Source of the DNA: an uncultured Conexibacteraceae bacterium
GTDB taxonomy: Bacteria > Actinomycetota > Thermoleophilia > Solirubrobacterales > 70-9
Direction: 5' to 3'
DNA length: 64,000 bases
Assembly: GCA_964540905.1 (NCBI GenBank)
Contig: CAZIOS010000003.1
Coordinates: 43,148 to 107,147 of the forward strand
Shown here in pieces: positions 54,792 through 63,121 of the stretch. A program made the translations under genes and the position numbers. A model generated the notes under the pieces. The model saw nothing but the letters and a program-made list of their open reading frames with translations, made no database searches and had not been told where the DNA came from. How positions within the stretch are numbered: the stretch's first letter is position 1; each line of letters opens with the position of its first letter.

Positions 54792-54822
54792 GGCGGAGAT
54801 TCCGAGGTACAGAATCTCCGCC
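54792..54822 (+). terminator. hairpin between repeat copies A and B
   Basis: GGCGGAGATTC (54792-54802) pairs with GAATCTCCGCC (54812-54822): 11-bp stem, 9-nt loop, then GCTTTC. Confidence 0.45.
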
Positions 54823-54915
54823 GCTTTCAGGAAGAGCTGACGCACCCTGAGTCATTAGCTGCTTCGACCCCGCCACGAAGCCCCGTGAATGCCCAGATCA
54901 GGGAGTTCGCTTGCC

Positions 54916-55035
54916 GGGGCGAGTGGGGTGCCCCTGCAGCGCGCGGCGTCCCGATTTTCGCAGCGGCGCTCTCAGCGAGAGAGACCCGTTAACGGCGAAA
55001 ATCCCAGCAAGCGAAAGGGGCACCCCACTCGCCCC
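54916..55035 (-). repeat. palindromic repeat element, copy B (120 bp, inverted relative to A)
   Basis: 20-bp perfect terminal inverted repeat GGGGCGAGTGGGGTGCCCCT (54916-54935 versus 55016-55035). Its reverse complement carries the same core as copy A. Confidence 0.9.
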
Positions 55036-55047
55036 CAACGCCCCCAA

Positions 55048-55770
55048 TCAGGGCATCCGCGTGGCCGCTTCCCTGCGCGAAGCCCAAGTAGCCAGCGGCG
55101 CCGCGGTCAGCTCTTCCCAGGCGGCGTCCTCGCCGAAGTACTGCATCACCACGAAGTGCAGCAGCCCCGGCAGCATCTCCGGCGCCGTCTCCGGCTCGTC
55201 GCTCATCAGCTTGGCGCGCACGAGAGTCTCGATTGCCCCTACCATGAAGGTTGCCGTCACAGGAGGTGGAGCTTGGCGAGAGGGAATCTCGCGGCGAGCG
55301 CTGTCAATGGCGCTGGAGAGGCGCTCCATCAAAAGATCGTGCTGTTCCAACGCCGCGCCGCCGGCGACGTGCGCCTCGACGAGCAGGGCGCGGGCGAGCG
55401 CGGGCTGGTTGGCGCAGAACTCGAGCAGCTCGGCCATCCCCGCCCGCAGGCCCTGGCGCCAGCTCGGCTGGCGCTTGGCGACGCCGATCAGTCGCTGGCC
55501 GAGCCAATCGGCGGCGTCGCGGTAGGCCTGCGCGAAGCAGTCCTCCTTGTCTTCGAAGTGCTTGTAGAAGGTCGCGCGGCTGGCGCGGGCGCGCTCGATC
55601 ACGTCCTGGACCGAGATGTGCTCGAAGCCTCGCTCGCCGCTGACCAAGAGCATCGCCTCCAGCAGCCGCTCCCGCGCCGGCCGCACCCGGTGGCCGGGAA
55701 AGGGAGAGATCGAGGTCACCATCTCGGTCTCGGGAGTCGCTTCGGGGGTTCGATCGGTCACGGCCCGCAC
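55048..55770 (-). CDS. TetR-family regulator (paralog 1)
   Basis: HTH region ERGFEHISVQDVIERARASRATFYKHFEDKEDCF. The start may be GTG 55770 or ATG 55722. Confidence 0.82.
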   Translation of the reverse strand: MRAVTDRTPEATPETEMVTSISPFPGHRVRPARERLLEAMLLVSGERGFEHISVQDVIERARASRATFYKHFEDKEDCFAQAYRDAADWLGQRLIGVAKRQPSWRQGLRAGMAELLEFCANQPALARALLVEAHVAGGAALEQHDLLMERLSSAIDSARREIPSRQAPPPVTATFMVGAIETLVRAKLMSDEPETAPEMLPGLLHFVVMQYFGEDAAWEELTAAPLATWASRREAATRMP

Positions 55771-55826
55771 TTTCTGAAAACAAACTCCTTTTGTCTAGAT
55801 ATAGCAGCTTTCAGAGACGCCACTGG

Positions 55827-55882
55827 CCAGAACGTCGAAGTTTTTAGAGAAAATGAAAATAGACACCAGGTGAACGTTCTGG
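55827..55882. promoter_or_regulatory. inverted repeat in AT-rich divergent TetR promoter region
   Basis: CCAGAACGT (55827-55835) and ACGTTCTGG (55874-55882). The right copy sits within ACCAGGTGAACGTTCTGGT, which contains the palindrome GAACGTTC. Confidence 0.3.
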
Positions 55883-55894
55883 TATCTTGCAGGT

Positions 55895-56584
55895 ATGCCG
55901 AAGCAGCAGCGCCCGCTCTCGGAGCGCCTCTCGAAACTGCCGCCGGGGCGCCACCTGATCCCCAGCGACTTCGTCTCGCAAAATCAGCGCGAGCGGATGC
56001 TGCTGGCGATGGCGGAGCTGGTCGCCTCGCGGGGCTACCAGAAGACGACGATCGAGCTGATCGCGAAGACCGCACGGGTCGCCCTGGTCACCTTCTACGA
56101 GCAGTTCTCCAGCAAGGAGGAGTGCTTCCTGGCGGCCTTCGACGAGAACGTCGACGCCGCCCGCGAGGTCTTCGCCGAGCTGCTGGATCCGGAGCAACCC
56201 TGGCAGGAGCAGATCGCCACCGGCCTCGAGATCTTCCTCGAGATGGTGGCCAAAGAGCAGGCGCGGGCCAAGCTCTGCATCGTCGAGGCCCAGGCCGCCG
56301 GCTCGGCGGCGCTGGCGCGCTACCAGGGGATGCTGGAGGGGGTGGCGCCGAAGCTGCGCGAGGGGCGGGAATTCAACCCGCGCTCGAGCCGGCTGCCGGA
56401 CGGGCTCGAGGTGGCGATCGCCGGCGGCATCGCCTGGCTGGTGCACCAGCGGCTGGTCGCCGACGAAGCCGACGGCCTCAAGGCGCTGCTGCCGGAGATG
56501 CTGCAGGTCACGCTGACGCCCTACGTCGGCGAGGTCGAGGCGGGTCGCGCCGCCGATGCGGCTCAGGCGCGGGTGGCCGCCTGA
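55895..56584 (+). CDS. TetR-family regulator (paralog 2)
   Basis: LPPGRHLIPSDFVSQNQRERMLLAMAELVASRGYQKTTIELIAKTARVALVTFYEQFSSKEECF. Confidence 0.85.
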   Translation: MPKQQRPLSERLSKLPPGRHLIPSDFVSQNQRERMLLAMAELVASRGYQKTTIELIAKTARVALVTFYEQFSSKEECFLAAFDENVDAAREVFAELLDPEQPWQEQIATGLEIFLEMVAKEQARAKLCIVEAQAAGSAALARYQGMLEGVAPKLREGREFNPRSSRLPDGLEVAIAGGIAWLVHQRLVADEADGLKALLPEMLQVTLTPYVGEVEAGRAADAAQARVAA

Positions 56585-56618
56585 GGTCAACGAGCGCAGG
56601 GGGCGGGGCGAGGCGGAT

Positions 56619-57254
56619 GTGAGCGCGCGGGCCCGACTCGGGGGCGCTGTCGAGGAGGATCCGGCCCGCGAGCGGATCGCCCTGGCGCTGGTCGAGCTGG
56701 TCGGCGCGCAGGGGCTGGAGGCGACGACGGTGGCGATGGTCTGCAGCCGCGCCGACGTCGACCGCGCCGGCTTCGATCGCTGCTTCACCGGCAAGGAGGA
56801 CTGCTTCCTGCGGGTGCACGGTGAGATCGCCGACGAGTTCTGCCGCCGCGTCAAGGACGCCTACGCCGGGCCACGCAGCTGGCACGATCGGATCTGGGCG
56901 GCGGCCTGGGCGGCGATGCGGTTCCTCAAAGAGGACGCGTTGAGAGCGCGCTTCTTCGTCGTCGAGATCAACGGCGCCGGCAACCGCGCGCAGGCGCGCC
57001 GCGACCGGATCCTGCAGGGCTTCGCCGACCTGATCGACGCCGGTCGCGACGAGCTCGAGGACCCCGCCTCGGTCTCCCGCAGCACCGCCGAGATGGTCAC
57101 CGGCGCGATCTACGGGACGATCCTGATCAAGATCAGGGCCGGCGCGATCGAGCGCGGCGAAGAATTCCTGCCGGAGCTGGTCTACATGGCGACCATGCCC
57201 TACATCGGCGCCCGCGCCGCCGAGGACGAGCTGCTGGTGGAGCCGCTGCGCTGA
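56619..57254 (+). CDS. TetR-family regulator (paralog 3)
   Basis: RERIALALVELVGAQGLEATTVAMVCSRADVDRAGFDRCFTGKEDCF. In-frame GTG 56619 chosen to avoid overlap with paralog 2. Confidence 0.75.
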   Translation: MSARARLGGAVEEDPARERIALALVELVGAQGLEATTVAMVCSRADVDRAGFDRCFTGKEDCFLRVHGEIADEFCRRVKDAYAGPRSWHDRIWAAAWAAMRFLKEDALRARFFVVEINGAGNRAQARRDRILQGFADLIDAGRDELEDPASVSRSTAEMVTGAIYGTILIKIRAGAIERGEEFLPELVYMATMPYIGARAAEDELLVEPLR

Positions 57255-57293
57255 GCGCCACCAAGGCGGCGAGACGTGGGGTATCGTCGCGGG

Positions 57294-57998
57294 ATGGCCA
57301 AGGCGGAGGCGAAAGGCAAACGCAGGCGGGGACCGGCAGCCACCGCGGACGCCACCGCATCTGCGCGGCTGCCGGCCGGCCGCCATGGCTTGCCACGCGA
57401 GTTCATCGCCCAGAACCAGCGCGAGCGGATCATCACCGCCCTGGTCGACATCGTCGCCGAGCGTGGCTACAACGCCACCACCGTCTCCCACATCACCAAA
57501 GCGGCCTCGGTCTCGCGCCGCACCTTCTACGAGCACTTCGCCGACAAGGAAGCCTGCTTCCTCGCCGCCTACGAAATGGTCGCCGACCACATCCGCGACT
57601 CGATGCAGGTCGCCGCCGAGGCCTTCGAGGAGTGGCCGCAGAAAGTGCGCGCGGCGCTGGGGACGATGCTGCGCTTCCTCGCCGGCGAGCCGGAGCTGGC
57701 CCGGGTCTGCATGATCGAGCCGGTCGCCGCCGGCGGCGAGATCGCCGCCAAGCACCGCGCCTCGATGCAGGGCTTCGTCGAGATCCTCAAGGCGGGCCGC
57801 CCCGAGCACAGCGGCACCCGGCCGCTGCCCGAGGCGACCGAGGCGACCCTGGTCGGCGGCATCGTCTCGCTGATCGTGCGCGAGATCAACGCCGGCCGCA
57901 CCGAGCAGCTGGAGTCGCTGCTGCCCGACCTCGTCGAGCTCACCCTGGCCCCGTACCTGGGTGCGGAGAAAGCCGCCGAGCTGGCGCGGTCCGGGTAG
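57294..57998 (+). CDS. TetR-family regulator (paralog 4)
   Basis: LPAGRHGLPREFIAQNQRERIITALVDIVAERGYNATTVSHITKAASVSRRTFYEHFADKEACF. ATG 57294 preferred over GTG 57276. Confidence 0.85.
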   Translation: MAKAEAKGKRRRGPAATADATASARLPAGRHGLPREFIAQNQRERIITALVDIVAERGYNATTVSHITKAASVSRRTFYEHFADKEACFLAAYEMVADHIRDSMQVAAEAFEEWPQKVRAALGTMLRFLAGEPELARVCMIEPVAAGGEIAAKHRASMQGFVEILKAGRPEHSGTRPLPEATEATLVGGIVSLIVREINAGRTEQLESLLPDLVELTLAPYLGAEKAAELARSG

Positions 57999-58007
57999 CT
58001 AGCCTCG

Positions 58008-58856
58008 CTACGGCACCGCCGTCGCCTCGGTCTCGACCGCGCCGGCCCCTTTGCCCGCCGCGACCCCGCCCTCCTCGCGGCTGAGCCGGTGGGCCAGGTA
58101 GACGGGGACGATCGAGATCAGGATCACGATCACGGCGACGGCGTCGACGATCGGCAGCTCCTTGGGGCGGAAGAGGTTGCGGAAGATCCAGATCGGCAGG
58201 GTTTCTTCGCCGGCGCCGATCGTGAACGTGGTGACGATGATCTCGTCGAAGGAGAGGGCGAAGGCGAGCAGGGCGCCGGCGGCGAGGGCGGTTTTCATGC
58301 TGGGGAAGGTGACGAAGCGGAAGGTCTGCCAGGTGTCGGCGCCGAGGTCGGCGGAGGCCTCCTCGAAGGAGCCGGAGGTGCGGCGCAGGCGGGCGACGAC
58401 GTTGTTGTAGATGACGACGATGCAGAAGGTGGCGTGGCCGACGACCACGGTCAGCAGGCTGAGCGGGATGCCGAGGACCTGGGTGAAGGTGTTGCTGAGG
58501 GCGACGCCGGTGACGATGCCCGGCAGGGCGATCGGCAGGATCACCAGGAAGGAGATCGTCTCGCGGCCGAAGAAGCGGTGGCGGGCGACGGCCATCGCCG
58601 CCAGGGTGCCCAGCAGCAGCGCGATCGCGGTCGCGATCAGGCCGACCTCGATCGAGGTGAGGAGGGCTTCGCGGGCAGATTCGCTTTCGAAGGCCTTGCT
58701 GAACCAGTCCAGGGTCAGGCCCGGCGGCGGCCACTTGAGGATCTTGCTCGAGTTGAAGGCGTAGATCCCGATCACGATCAGCGGCACGTAGATGAAGGCG
58801 AGCCCGAGCCCGACCACCCCGCGCAGCAGCGCCTGTGCCCGTCGCGAGAGCCGCAT
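58008..58856 (-). CDS. ABC transporter permease (PotC-like)
   Basis: 6 TMS with a binding-protein-dependent transport signature region (EEASADLGADTWQTFRFVTFP). Confidence 0.85.
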   Translation of the reverse strand: MRLSRRAQALLRGVVGLGLAFIYVPLIVIGIYAFNSSKILKWPPPGLTLDWFSKAFESESAREALLTSIEVGLIATAIALLLGTLAAMAVARHRFFGRETISFLVILPIALPGIVTGVALSNTFTQVLGIPLSLLTVVVGHATFCIVVIYNNVVARLRRTSGSFEEASADLGADTWQTFRFVTFPSMKTALAAGALLAFALSFDEIIVTTFTIGAGEETLPIWIFRNLFRPKELPIVDAVAVIVILISIVPVYLAHRLSREEGGVAAGKGAGAVETEATAVP

Positions 58857-59743
58857 CAGACGTGCTCGAAGGCGCCCAGCTTCCGGGCCACCGACAGGTA
58901 GGCGATCATGACGACGATCGGGACCAGCGCCAGGGCCGCGGCGAAGGGCAGGTCGTTGGTGATCGAGGAGGCGATCACGGTGCCGATGAACTGGCTGTTG
59001 GAGACCAGCCTGACCGTGATGAAGTCGCCCAGGGTGAGCGAGAAGGTGAAGATCGAGCCGGCGACGACGGCGGGGAAGGCGAGCGGCAGGATCACCCGCC
59101 GGAAGGTCGTGAACGGCTTCGCGCCGAGGTCCTCGGAGGCGCTGATCAGCGAGTCCGGGATCCGTTCCAGGCCGGCGTAGATCGGCAGGATCATGTACGG
59201 CAGCCAGAGGTAGCTCATCACCAGCCAGACGGCGGTCAGGCCGTAGCCCGGCCCGTGCAGCCCGAGCGGGTTCAGCGCCCAGTTGATGACGCCGTCCTCG
59301 GACAGCATCGTCCGCCAGGACAGGACCTTGACCAGGTAGCTCGACCAGAGTGGCATCAGCACCGCGATCACGAGGATCGCCCGGCCGCGCCGGGTCGCGA
59401 CCTTGGCCATGTAGAAGGCGATCGGGAAGGCGATGACGGCGTCGGTGAGGGTCACCAGCACCGCCGTTCGCACGGTCCGCCAGACGATTTCCCGGTAGAC
59501 GGGTTCGTTGACCAGCGATTCGAAGTTTTCGAGGCTGAAGCCCTTGACGACTTCGCCGCTGAGCGAGTTGACGGTCCAGAAGGCGGTGATCAGCAGGACC
59601 GCCAGGGAGCCCAGGTAGAGGACGACGAGCCAGGCGCTGGGGCCGGCCAGGAGCGTCCCGACTTGGAGGCCGGGACGACCGTGGAAGAGGCCGGCGAGCC
59701 TGCGCCCCGCCGGCCTCTTCACCGCGACTGCCTCAGTCGTCAT
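58856..59743 (-). CDS. ABC transporter permease (PotB-like)
   Basis: EAA-loop-like ISASEDLGAKPFTTFRRVILP. 1-nt overlap with the downstream permease. Confidence 0.85.
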   Translation of the reverse strand: MTTEAVAVKRPAGRRLAGLFHGRPGLQVGTLLAGPSAWLVVLYLGSLAVLLITAFWTVNSLSGEVVKGFSLENFESLVNEPVYREIVWRTVRTAVLVTLTDAVIAFPIAFYMAKVATRRGRAILVIAVLMPLWSSYLVKVLSWRTMLSEDGVINWALNPLGLHGPGYGLTAVWLVMSYLWLPYMILPIYAGLERIPDSLISASEDLGAKPFTTFRRVILPLAFPAVVAGSIFTFSLTLGDFITVRLVSNSQFIGTVIASSITNDLPFAAALALVPIVVMIAYLSVARKLGAFEHV

Positions 59744-59761
59744 CGACCCTTTTCAAGCCGC

Positions 59762-60961
59762 CTAGCCTTTGATTTCGGTCCAGGCTTTGACCCAGTCGTT
59801 GTAGTCCATGCAGTTGTCTTCGCCGTTGCCGCATTCGGCCAGCGGCGTCTCCCAGTAGTAGACCCGCTTCCAGAACGCCGGGTTGTCGGCGTGGTATTCG
59901 GTGCAGAAATTCTTGTTCTTGGTCTGGTCGCAGGCCAGGCTCTGCGCCGGCGCCTCGCCGAAGTATTCGGCGACCTCGGCGTTGGCCTTCGGCGAGATGA
60001 TGTAGTTCATCCACATGTACATGCAGTTGGGATGTTTGGCCTTGGAGCTGATCATCCAGGTGTCCGACCATCCCGTCGCGCCCTCCTTGGGCAGGAAGCC
60101 CTGGCTGGCCGGGCTCGCCGCCACCGGCACGCCTTCTTCCTTCAGCGCGAAGTACTGGTACTGCCAGGTCGTGCCGAGTTCGTCGTCGCCGCTGCCGAAC
60201 GCCTGGATCTGCTTCGCCGCTTCGGACCAGTATTCGCCGACGTTGGGCTGCTGTTCCTTGAGCAGGTTGACCGCCGCTTCGAACTGTTCTTCGTTCAGCT
60301 CGTAGGGGTTTTCGATTTCCAGCGCCGGTTCGTGGTACTTGAGGTAGACCGCCGCTTCGGCGATCGACATCGGGTCGTCGTACTGGCTGATCTTGCCCTT
60401 GTACTTGGCCGCCATCTTGGGGTCGAACATCACGTTCCAGGAGGTCGGGGCGGGCTTGACGCTGTTGGAGTTCCACATCAGCAGGTTGGCGCCGCGGCCG
60501 TGCGGGATCCCGTAGTGGACGCCTTCGAAGGTGTTGTAGGGCTGGTTTTTGAGGTCCGGGAAGACCGTCTTGTAGTTGGGGACGAGGCTGACGTTGACCG
60601 GGGCGACCTGGTGCGCGGCGACCAGACGCGCGGTGGCGTTGCCGGAGGCGGAGACACCGTCGTACTGGCCGGTTTTCATCAGGTCGACCATTTCGTCGGA
60701 GGTGCCGGCGACCTTGTCGCTCACCTTGCAGCCGGTTTCCTGTTCGAACGGCTTCACCCATTCGGGTTCGACGTAGCCGGCCCAGGAGATCAGGTTCAGC
60801 TGACCCTCGCCCTTGCCCAGCTTCTGCAGTTCTTCGCCACCGCCACCGCTGCCGCCACCGCTGCTGGAGCTTCCGCAACCGGCAAGTACGAGCATGAAGG
60901 CGACGAGCCCCGCGACTACCAGCCAGGCGTTGCGAGCCGCATGATCGTCCTCTCTCCTCAT
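59762..60961 (-). CDS. ABC transporter substrate-binding lipoprotein (polyamine PotD/PotF-like)
   Basis: Lipobox LVLAGCG followed by a Gly/Ser linker. GGAGGAGG RBS upstream of ATG 60961. ATGA overlap with the upstream ATPase stop. Confidence 0.82.
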   Translation of the reverse strand: MRREDDHAARNAWLVVAGLVAFMLVLAGCGSSSSGGGSGGGGEELQKLGKGEGQLNLISWAGYVEPEWVKPFEQETGCKVSDKVAGTSDEMVDLMKTGQYDGVSASGNATARLVAAHQVAPVNVSLVPNYKTVFPDLKNQPYNTFEGVHYGIPHGRGANLLMWNSNSVKPAPTSWNVMFDPKMAAKYKGKISQYDDPMSIAEAAVYLKYHEPALEIENPYELNEEQFEAAVNLLKEQQPNVGEYWSEAAKQIQAFGSGDDELGTTWQYQYFALKEEGVPVAASPASQGFLPKEGATGWSDTWMISSKAKHPNCMYMWMNYIISPKANAEVAEYFGEAPAQSLACDQTKNKNFCTEYHADNPAFWKRVYYWETPLAECGNGEDNCMDYNDWVKAWTEIKG

Positions 60962-61962
60962 GGTGCTACCTCCTCCATCGTCGATTTGCCCTGGACGGCG
61001 GCCGCGTGCTCCGGGCGCCATCCCACCAGGACCTCTTTGCCTTGCTCGGGCGCGCCCGACGACGCGCCCTCCACGTTCTGCCTCACAAGCTGAAGGGTGC
61101 CACCGGCGTCGAGCGCGACCGTGAAGCGGGTGACCATCCCCGCGTAGGCGGTCTCGGTGACCCTGCCGCGCTCGCTGTGCAGGCCGTCGCCGGCGCCGCC
61201 GTCATCGAGCAGGAAGATCTTCTCCGGCCGGATCGTGATCCGTTCGCCGCCGCGCTCGATCACGTTGGAGACGCCGACGAAGCCGGCGACGAACTCGTTG
61301 ACCGGGCGCTCGTAGAGCTCGCGCGGCGAGCTCACCTGCTCGATCCGGCCCTGGTTGAAGACGGCGATGCGGTCGCTCATCGTCAGCGCCTCGTCCTGGT
61401 CGTGGGTGACGTAGACGAAGGTGATCTCGACCTCGCTCTGGATCGCCTTCAGCTCGACCTGCATCTGCTCGCGCAGCTTCAGGTCGAGCGCCCCCAGCGG
61501 CTCGTCGAGCAGCAGCACCTTGGGCCGGTTGACGATCGCCCGCGCCAGCGCCACCCGCTGGCGCTGGCCGCCGGAGAGCTCGCTCGGCCGGCGCTCGGCG
61601 TGGTCGGGGAGGCGGACCATCTCCAGCGCCTCGTCGCGGCGCCTCGCCCGCTCGACCTTGTTGACGCCGGCGACCCTCATCCCGTAGGCGACGTTCTCGC
61701 CGACGGTCATGTGCGGGAACAGGGCGTAGTCCTGGAAGACGGTGTTGACGGCGCGGTCGAAGGGCGGCACGCCGCCGACCTCCTCGCCGGCGAGTTCGAT
61801 CGAGCCGCCGCTGGGATCCTCGAAGCCGGCGATCATCCGCAGCGTCGTCGTCTTGCCGGAGCCCGACGGACCGAGCAGGGTGAAGAACTCGCCGCGCCCG
61901 ATCTCGAGGTCGATGCCCGCGACGGCGACCACCTCGCCGTAGTGCTTGCTGAGGCTCGTCAA
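60958..61962 (-). CDS. ABC transporter ATP-binding protein (PotA-like)
   Basis: Walker A GPSGSGKTT, signature LSGGQRQRVALARA, Walker B LLLDEPLGALD. TTG start per the track. Confidence 0.88.
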   Translation of the reverse strand: MTSLSKHYGEVVAVAGIDLEIGRGEFFTLLGPSGSGKTTTLRMIAGFEDPSGGSIELAGEEVGGVPPFDRAVNTVFQDYALFPHMTVGENVAYGMRVAGVNKVERARRRDEALEMVRLPDHAERRPSELSGGQRQRVALARAIVNRPKVLLLDEPLGALDLKLREQMQVELKAIQSEVEITFVYVTHDQDEALTMSDRIAVFNQGRIEQVSSPRELYERPVNEFVAGFVGVSNVIERGGERITIRPEKIFLLDDGGAGDGLHSERGRVTETAYAGMVTRFTVALDAGGTLQLVRQNVEGASSGAPEQGKEVLVGWRPEHAAAVQGKSTMEEVAP

Positions 61963-62080
61963 TCTGATGTCGGGGGGTAGGGCCGCTACAGGCTTGACGT
62001 TATCCGAGCTGTTCAGGAAAGCAAGGACAATTAGGACGTGGCGGTTTAGACGGGGTGGAGTACGGGGGCGTAAGCGAGGT

Positions 62081-62193
62081 GGGAGCTGGGCGCCCCTTTC
62101 GCTTGCTGGGATTTTCGCCGCTAACGGCGCATCTCTCGCCGACGGGCACTGCGAAAATCAGGACGCCGCGCGCTTCAGGGGCACCCAGCTCCC
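62081..62193 (+). repeat. palindromic repeat element, copy C (113 bp)
   Basis: Terminal arms GGGAGCTGGGCGCCCCT (62081-62097) and AGGGGCACCCAGCTCCC (62177-62193), 17 bp with one mismatch. Same core as A and B with 3 substitutions. Confidence 0.88.
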
Positions 62194-62287
62194 GTCCCCG
62201 CAAGCCTCGGCCTCATCGCCCGCCACCCGGCGGGCTTGGCCACGGTTCCGCTGGGAGGGGGTACAGACCCCTCCTCACTACCGCCGT

Positions 62288-62845
62288 CTAGTAGCCCGCC
62301 GGGTGGCGGGCGATGAAGCCTTCGTTGCTCAGCAGTTCTTCGTGCCAGCGCGGGCCCGTGCCGCTGGCGTCGCCGGCGGTGTCCCAGCGGAAGCCGGCGA
62401 TCACGGCGTAGGCGTGGCCGGCGTTGGCGTAGACCGTGATCCAACGACCTTCGCCGGGGAGACCCCACTTCTCGAGCGGGCCGGAGGGCTCGGGGCTTTC
62501 GAGGAATTCGCCGCCGTGGAGCGCGAAGCTGACGGAGCCGGAGCAGTCGTAGCCCTTGTCCCACCAGCGGGTGTGGCCGCCACCCCAGATGTAGGGTTTG
62601 GTGCGGATCTTGTTGGCGGCTTCGATCACCCCGACGACGCGGGGCGGAGCGCTCTTGGGGGGGATCAGTTCGCCGGTCGACAGCAGCTTCGCTTTCGCCG
62701 TCGGGGTGCAGATGTCGACTTCGGCCGGGGCGAGGCCACCGGTGGTGCAGCGGGCGGAGGCGCTGCCGGGGGCGAGGACGCCGATCACGACCAGCGCGGC
62801 GGTTAGAGCTAACCCCGCTTTGAGCCTGAAATTGTTGAACAACAA
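62288..62845 (-). CDS. secreted NlpC/P60 (C40) family peptidase
   Basis: Signal peptide, YIWGGG...GYDCSGSVSF catalytic Cys motif, downstream His (GHAYAV). TTG start with AAGGAG RBS. Confidence 0.82.
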   Translation of the reverse strand: MLFNNFRLKAGLALTAALVVIGVLAPGSASARCTTGGLAPAEVDICTPTAKAKLLSTGELIPPKSAPPRVVGVIEAANKIRTKPYIWGGGHTRWWDKGYDCSGSVSFALHGGEFLESPEPSGPLEKWGLPGEGRWITVYANAGHAYAVIAGFRWDTAGDASGTGPRWHEELLSNEGFIARHPAGY

Positions 62846-62860
62846 ACCGATCTCCTTTGT

Positions 62861-63033
62861 CGGCCTACGGGGTTAGCTGTCGGGCTGGCGCGGAAGGAGC
62901 CTGCGCCCCCGCCTGAACTAGGCGAGTTAGCCCCGAAAACGTGGTTCCCCCGTTCCCGCTGTGCGTGTTGGCACCCGGGACTCGGCGTTTCGGTTCTACG
63001 GACCGGCGGCAGTGTAGACGATCCTCCGGCCGC
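62861..63033 (-). promoter_or_regulatory. cyclic-di-AMP riboswitch (ydaO/yuaA class) in the 5' leader of the NlpC/P60 gene
   Basis: The minus-strand RNA contains ACGGGGGAACCAC, GGGGCUAACUC and CCCGACAGCUAACCCCGUAGGCCG. These closely match the ydaO hallmarks GCGGGGGACCCA, GGGGUGAAUC and CCGACAGCUAACCUCGUAAGCG. 5' CGGCC can pair with 3' GGCCG as P1. The RBS AAGGAG follows directly. Confidence 0.78.
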
Positions 63034-63121
63034 TTGCTCATAAAACCCAAACATTTAGTTGCCGTTCGCACTTGCATCCCGGATTCCTGTCGGCAGCACT
63101 GCTGCTAGCTTGCGTTTTGGG

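Noticed and set aside
52638-54845. 735-aa minus-strand ORF antisense to pccB, and ORF 58835..61093 (+) antisense to the Pot-like operon
   Set aside because: Both have low-complexity translations opposite well-supported genes.
54672-56622. Apparent conserved peptides (SLAGIFA.N..SLAD..CENQDAAR and VNGENPSKRKGHPT) shared by ORFs 54672..54992, 54889..56622, 61946..62806, 62000..62203 and 52638..54845
   Set aside because: The similarity comes from translating the three copies of the nucleotide repeat element. The ORFs have no RBS, run through palindromes, and overlap real genes.
54659-62193. CRISPR array hypothesis for the repeated ~120-nt elements
   Set aside because: There are only three copies, in mixed orientation, at irregular spacing (137 bp and ~7 kb). 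Each copy is itself a long palindrome, and no cas genes are present.
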